64,000 bases of DNA from Callorhinchus milii. Lineage: Eukaryota. Numbering within the stretch: position 1 is the stretch's first letter; each line of letters begins with the position of its first letter. Positions 60,546 through 64,000 of this stretch are shown piece after piece. The DNA lies in assembly GCF_018977255.1 (NCBI RefSeq), contig NW_024704753.1, positions 868,001-932,000 of the forward strand. Reading direction: 5' to 3'. Made by a program: the position numbers and the translations under genes. The notes beneath the pieces were generated by a model that did no database searches, was not told where the DNA came from, and saw only the letters and a list, made by a program, of their open reading frames with translations.

Positions 60546-61794
60546 TAACAACACACAAAAGAATTTGAAATTACATTCACTATTTCATTATTGATTTTCA
60601 AAGTGAATGAGATAAAATTCTCCGGCTGGACTGACCCTTTGAACTGAAAACTGACTGGAGGCCAGTTTAAGCCACAATATTCAAGATCACTTGTAACAAG
60701 ATCACTTATGGAGTCACAAGAGTCACTTTGCCTTATTTGCGACAAAGAATTGTGTTTTAACCCCAAATACTGGGGATAGCATAGAAACTTTATTTCTTAT
60801 TATGTCGTCTTTTAATCAAACATCAGACTCACATCAAATGGTAGCAAATAAAGTCTATTAATGGAATATTTTTCAGTTGAGAGAATTGTTCGTCCCTTGG
60901 CTAAACTCACAGTTCTCTCAATCAACCGAGAGAGAAGTTATGTGGTTCGGTTCAATTGTAATGTTTACCTGCAAGGCAAAGTCCTAACGGAGAGGGTGGT
61001 TCTTGCCAGACAGCGATATCAATGGCAAGATATGTGGTGTTAGCAGGATAGACTCCAGCAGTTACTCCAACGTACATTCTGGGGTCACCAAGCCTTGGCT
61101 TTTGCCAGTCTGCGCCTTATACTCTCTGGATTTGGGTGAGCAGGGAGCGTTCCTCCAGGGAGAGAGTGTGCATTCCATTCCAATACATAGGAATTTCCAT
61201 GTATAAGGGGAATGCATGGAATTCTGTTTGGTTTGGAGAATCTTAAGCATGGTGATGGTTTTTCCACGTACGTCAGACACCTGGCCGGCCAAAATAATAA
61301 ATTACTTCAGCAGCACTTCTGAAACACAAGCTTCCTTCTTTTCTCTCATTACGCATTTTACCCCTTCTGTACTTTATACAATGACAATTTAATATGGAGC
61401 ACATTTACATATTGGATTCCTTTCAAGCCAGTATTTAACTTGAACTCACTCCCGTCTAAAGGCCGATGTAGTGGAGTAGATGTTTATGCCAGCCTTTCGG
61501 GAGTGTAATGTTTCCCCCTTGACAGCAGAGCTATTAGTGGTTTATACTTTGCAGATGCTCAGGCAGTAATGTGATAGCCGATCCCATCTAAACCTGTCTT
61601 TCTAAAGTTGTCAGTTGGTATCCTAATATCAGGACTTACAGACAGAGAATTACAGACAGAGAATTAAAAGTTGGTAGAAAATAATTAACAAGCCTTTTGC
61701 TCTCTGTAGTTTAACCTAAAATTTACTTTACAGTAAAGGTACAGACTCTGCAGTTGCTTTAAAAAGAAAGATTTAATGCAGTTTCAAATTGTAT

Positions 61795-62045
61795 TGTCAG
61801 AGATGCCATCCTTTAGAGATGTTGAACTGAGGTCCCGTCTGCCTGTTCTTCATGTAGATGTTAGAGATCCCATGACACCTTTCAGAAAGATAAGGGCATT
61901 TTTCTCCTCTTCTCCTGTCTGACAATCCCCCAGATTATTCCAATAGACCAACTGTTTGTAGGAGCTTGCTGTGTGCAAAATGGTTGCCTCATTTGCTTAC
62001 AAAATGTCACTACCTTGGCTGTATGACTGTGAAGTGCTTTGAGGA
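61795..62045 (+). mobile_element. Degenerate Deu-domain SINE
   Basis: GATGTTGAACTGAGGTCCCGTCTGCCTGTTC..GATGTTAGAGATCCCATG plus the common tail. Confidence 0.6.
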
Positions 62046-64000
62046 ATTTCGATGTCATAATTCCCAATAGAAATACCATATCTCTTCAATCAACACCAAA
62101 CCCAGATTAAATTCATTTCTACTCCATTTTGTGGTGAAATTTCAACCCTGCTCAAAATAAATTTGAGTTTTTCATAAGAATATAAGAATTTGCTGGCGAA
62201 AGACCAAGGTCCACCCAATTTGCCTTCCACCATCCAGGCAGTCGCTTGACATGTCGTGTCCCAAGCTATATATTGTATTCCAAGATATTATTTTCCAACA
62301 GAAATCTATCTAATTTATTCTTGAAACAAACACTTTCTGCTTCCACCGTGTGTCTCCCTCGGGAGCCTGTTCCATGTTTACTACTCGCTCACTGAAGTAG
62401 TGTTTCCGCAGGCCTCTGGTTCCACTGTTCAGTACAAGTTAACAGTACAACAAACATAGAAAATTAAAGTAAGAGACAATGGGATTCAGAGTAGTATTTG
62501 AGTAACTTACTACTCCAATTGCCAGATCTATTTGTGCTCTTATATCAGTATCATTGACAAGACTGAAATTACATGGAAATGATATCATAGGAGGATGTCA
62601 TTTGACCTCTTAAGACTGAACCTAGATTTAAAACAACAAGAAAAATCTGTACCAAATCTATCAATGATGTTTGTCGTTGTCTGTGTGTTCAACACTGAAG
62701 CCATCAATCGATTTCTTTATAAATGACATGAACTGTAATACACCAGATATATAGTGAAACGTGAGGTTAATGAACCAATTGGTAGCTGGTTGGGTGGTGG
62801 GGGGGGGGGGTGTTGGGAGTTGCTTTTTCCTTTGTACTGGTGTATTCATTAGGAATGCTGAAGCTTGTGAGTCTAGGATCCTTATATACTATCAGTTCAC
62901 TTGCCTTCCACTCCAGAGGACACTGTTATCTCTGATATTATATTCTGATTTGTCTGTGATCAGCATTTAATGGCTTTCTGCAAGGATTTCAAAGCTGATG
63001 TTTTTGGTATCAGTGTGTGTGAGAGGGAGGCGTGAGCAATCAACCTCACAGTCTGTGAGCAAGTGCCAGGTGCACATCAAGTGCTTCTTCACAGCGACCG
63101 AAAATGGGTGAAATCAAGCAAAACTGGAGATTGCGGGAATGAATTTGGCAGAACATCAATTGCCTTCTCAGAGCTGGTAGGAGAGCTGCTCCCTCCGGCA
63201 ACAGTGTGGATCCCATGTGAAGTGAGTTGGGCTAATCTTGACCCAGTTCCCAGTGTGCAAGGCCATGGCAATAGGGGGCACCAAGTCCCTACCCTGTCCT
63301 CACAAAACTCTCACACTTGTCATCTCCAGCAGATGGGAGCAGGAGCAAGGTTCCCGGCTGATATTTCCCCTCCCTTGTCCAATGGTACTGAGGCCAACAA
63401 TACTGCCCCAACCAGCAGTCCAGGTAAAAAGGTACCAGTTTAGACCCAAACCCAACTTGTCTATGTAATGAAACAAAATATTTGCATTTGGTAAAGCACC
63501 TTATCGAACAGGAACCAAGTCTCAAAGCACTTCACACAAGTTACTTTGAAATGTTGTGACTTGCTACGTGTGGAAACACAGCAGTCTAATGATGAGGATC
63601 AATTTTGTAGTTTGGGATGAGGGAGGAATTCTGGCCATGATATCAGGAGAACTCGCCTCTCTTCAAAATACTTACCGACGGTTTTATTTTGAAGCGTTCA
63701 GCTGCCGCTCCGATCTTTGCTGAGTACTAAACGTGGCAGTATATTTTTCTCACCTTGATGAATCGGGAAGACAAATCAATTATTCATTTCAATGTGACAC
63801 CTAAAGCAGGTCAGGGCTTTGTGTTATCAATTTACCTTTATGATTAAGTGGGTATTAATTTGACTGTGGATATTTGTTGCAGTGAAAAGTGTCAAGAGCA
63901 TGTCAAGGGGAATTGGTACCATTGTAATTTTGCTCTGAGAAAACAGATTGACGTCCTGTTGAAGTGAGATGTTGGCTTTAGCTTGTACTCTCTGGGGGGG

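Noticed and set aside
62000-64000. Exons of a further neighbouring gene such as ISY1
   Set aside because: No recognisable coding similarity; ORF 63063-63443 overlaps old repeat sequence.

Overview
Eukaryotic (vertebrate) genomic DNA, most likely a cartilaginous fish and possibly a holocephalan. That call is an inference from the repeat families (Deu-domain SINEs, CR1, L2, Penelope-type ends) and the compact introns. The window holds five recognisable spliced genes, TSEN2(+), MKRN2OS(-), MKRN2(+), RAF1(-) and CNBP(+), plus a sixth gene I do not recognise: a two-exon ~505-aa acidic/coiled-coil protein ending in a CaaX box (CIIL). Introns and spacers are dense with tRNA-derived SINEs, L2 and CR1 3' ends, and several minisatellites. 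Most of the long ORFs in the ORF track are low-complexity or repeat artefacts. Main points of interest: (1) the orphan CaaX gene; (2) two candidate alternative RAF1 first exons, one giving an in-frame N-terminal extension and one an overlapping uORF; (3) a Penelope-type inverted insertion with hammerhead-ribozyme cores and a 14-bp target-site duplication, nested in a SINE downstream of the MKRN2 stop; (4) U12 and GC-AG introns in RAF1; (5) a duplicated CRE/CCAAT module in the RAF1/CNBP bidirectional promoter; (6) a 1-nt frameshift in TSEN2 that is probably an assembly error. Exon coordinates were read by eye and repeat boundaries are approximate. Comparisons with human proteins are from memory; no database searches were run.
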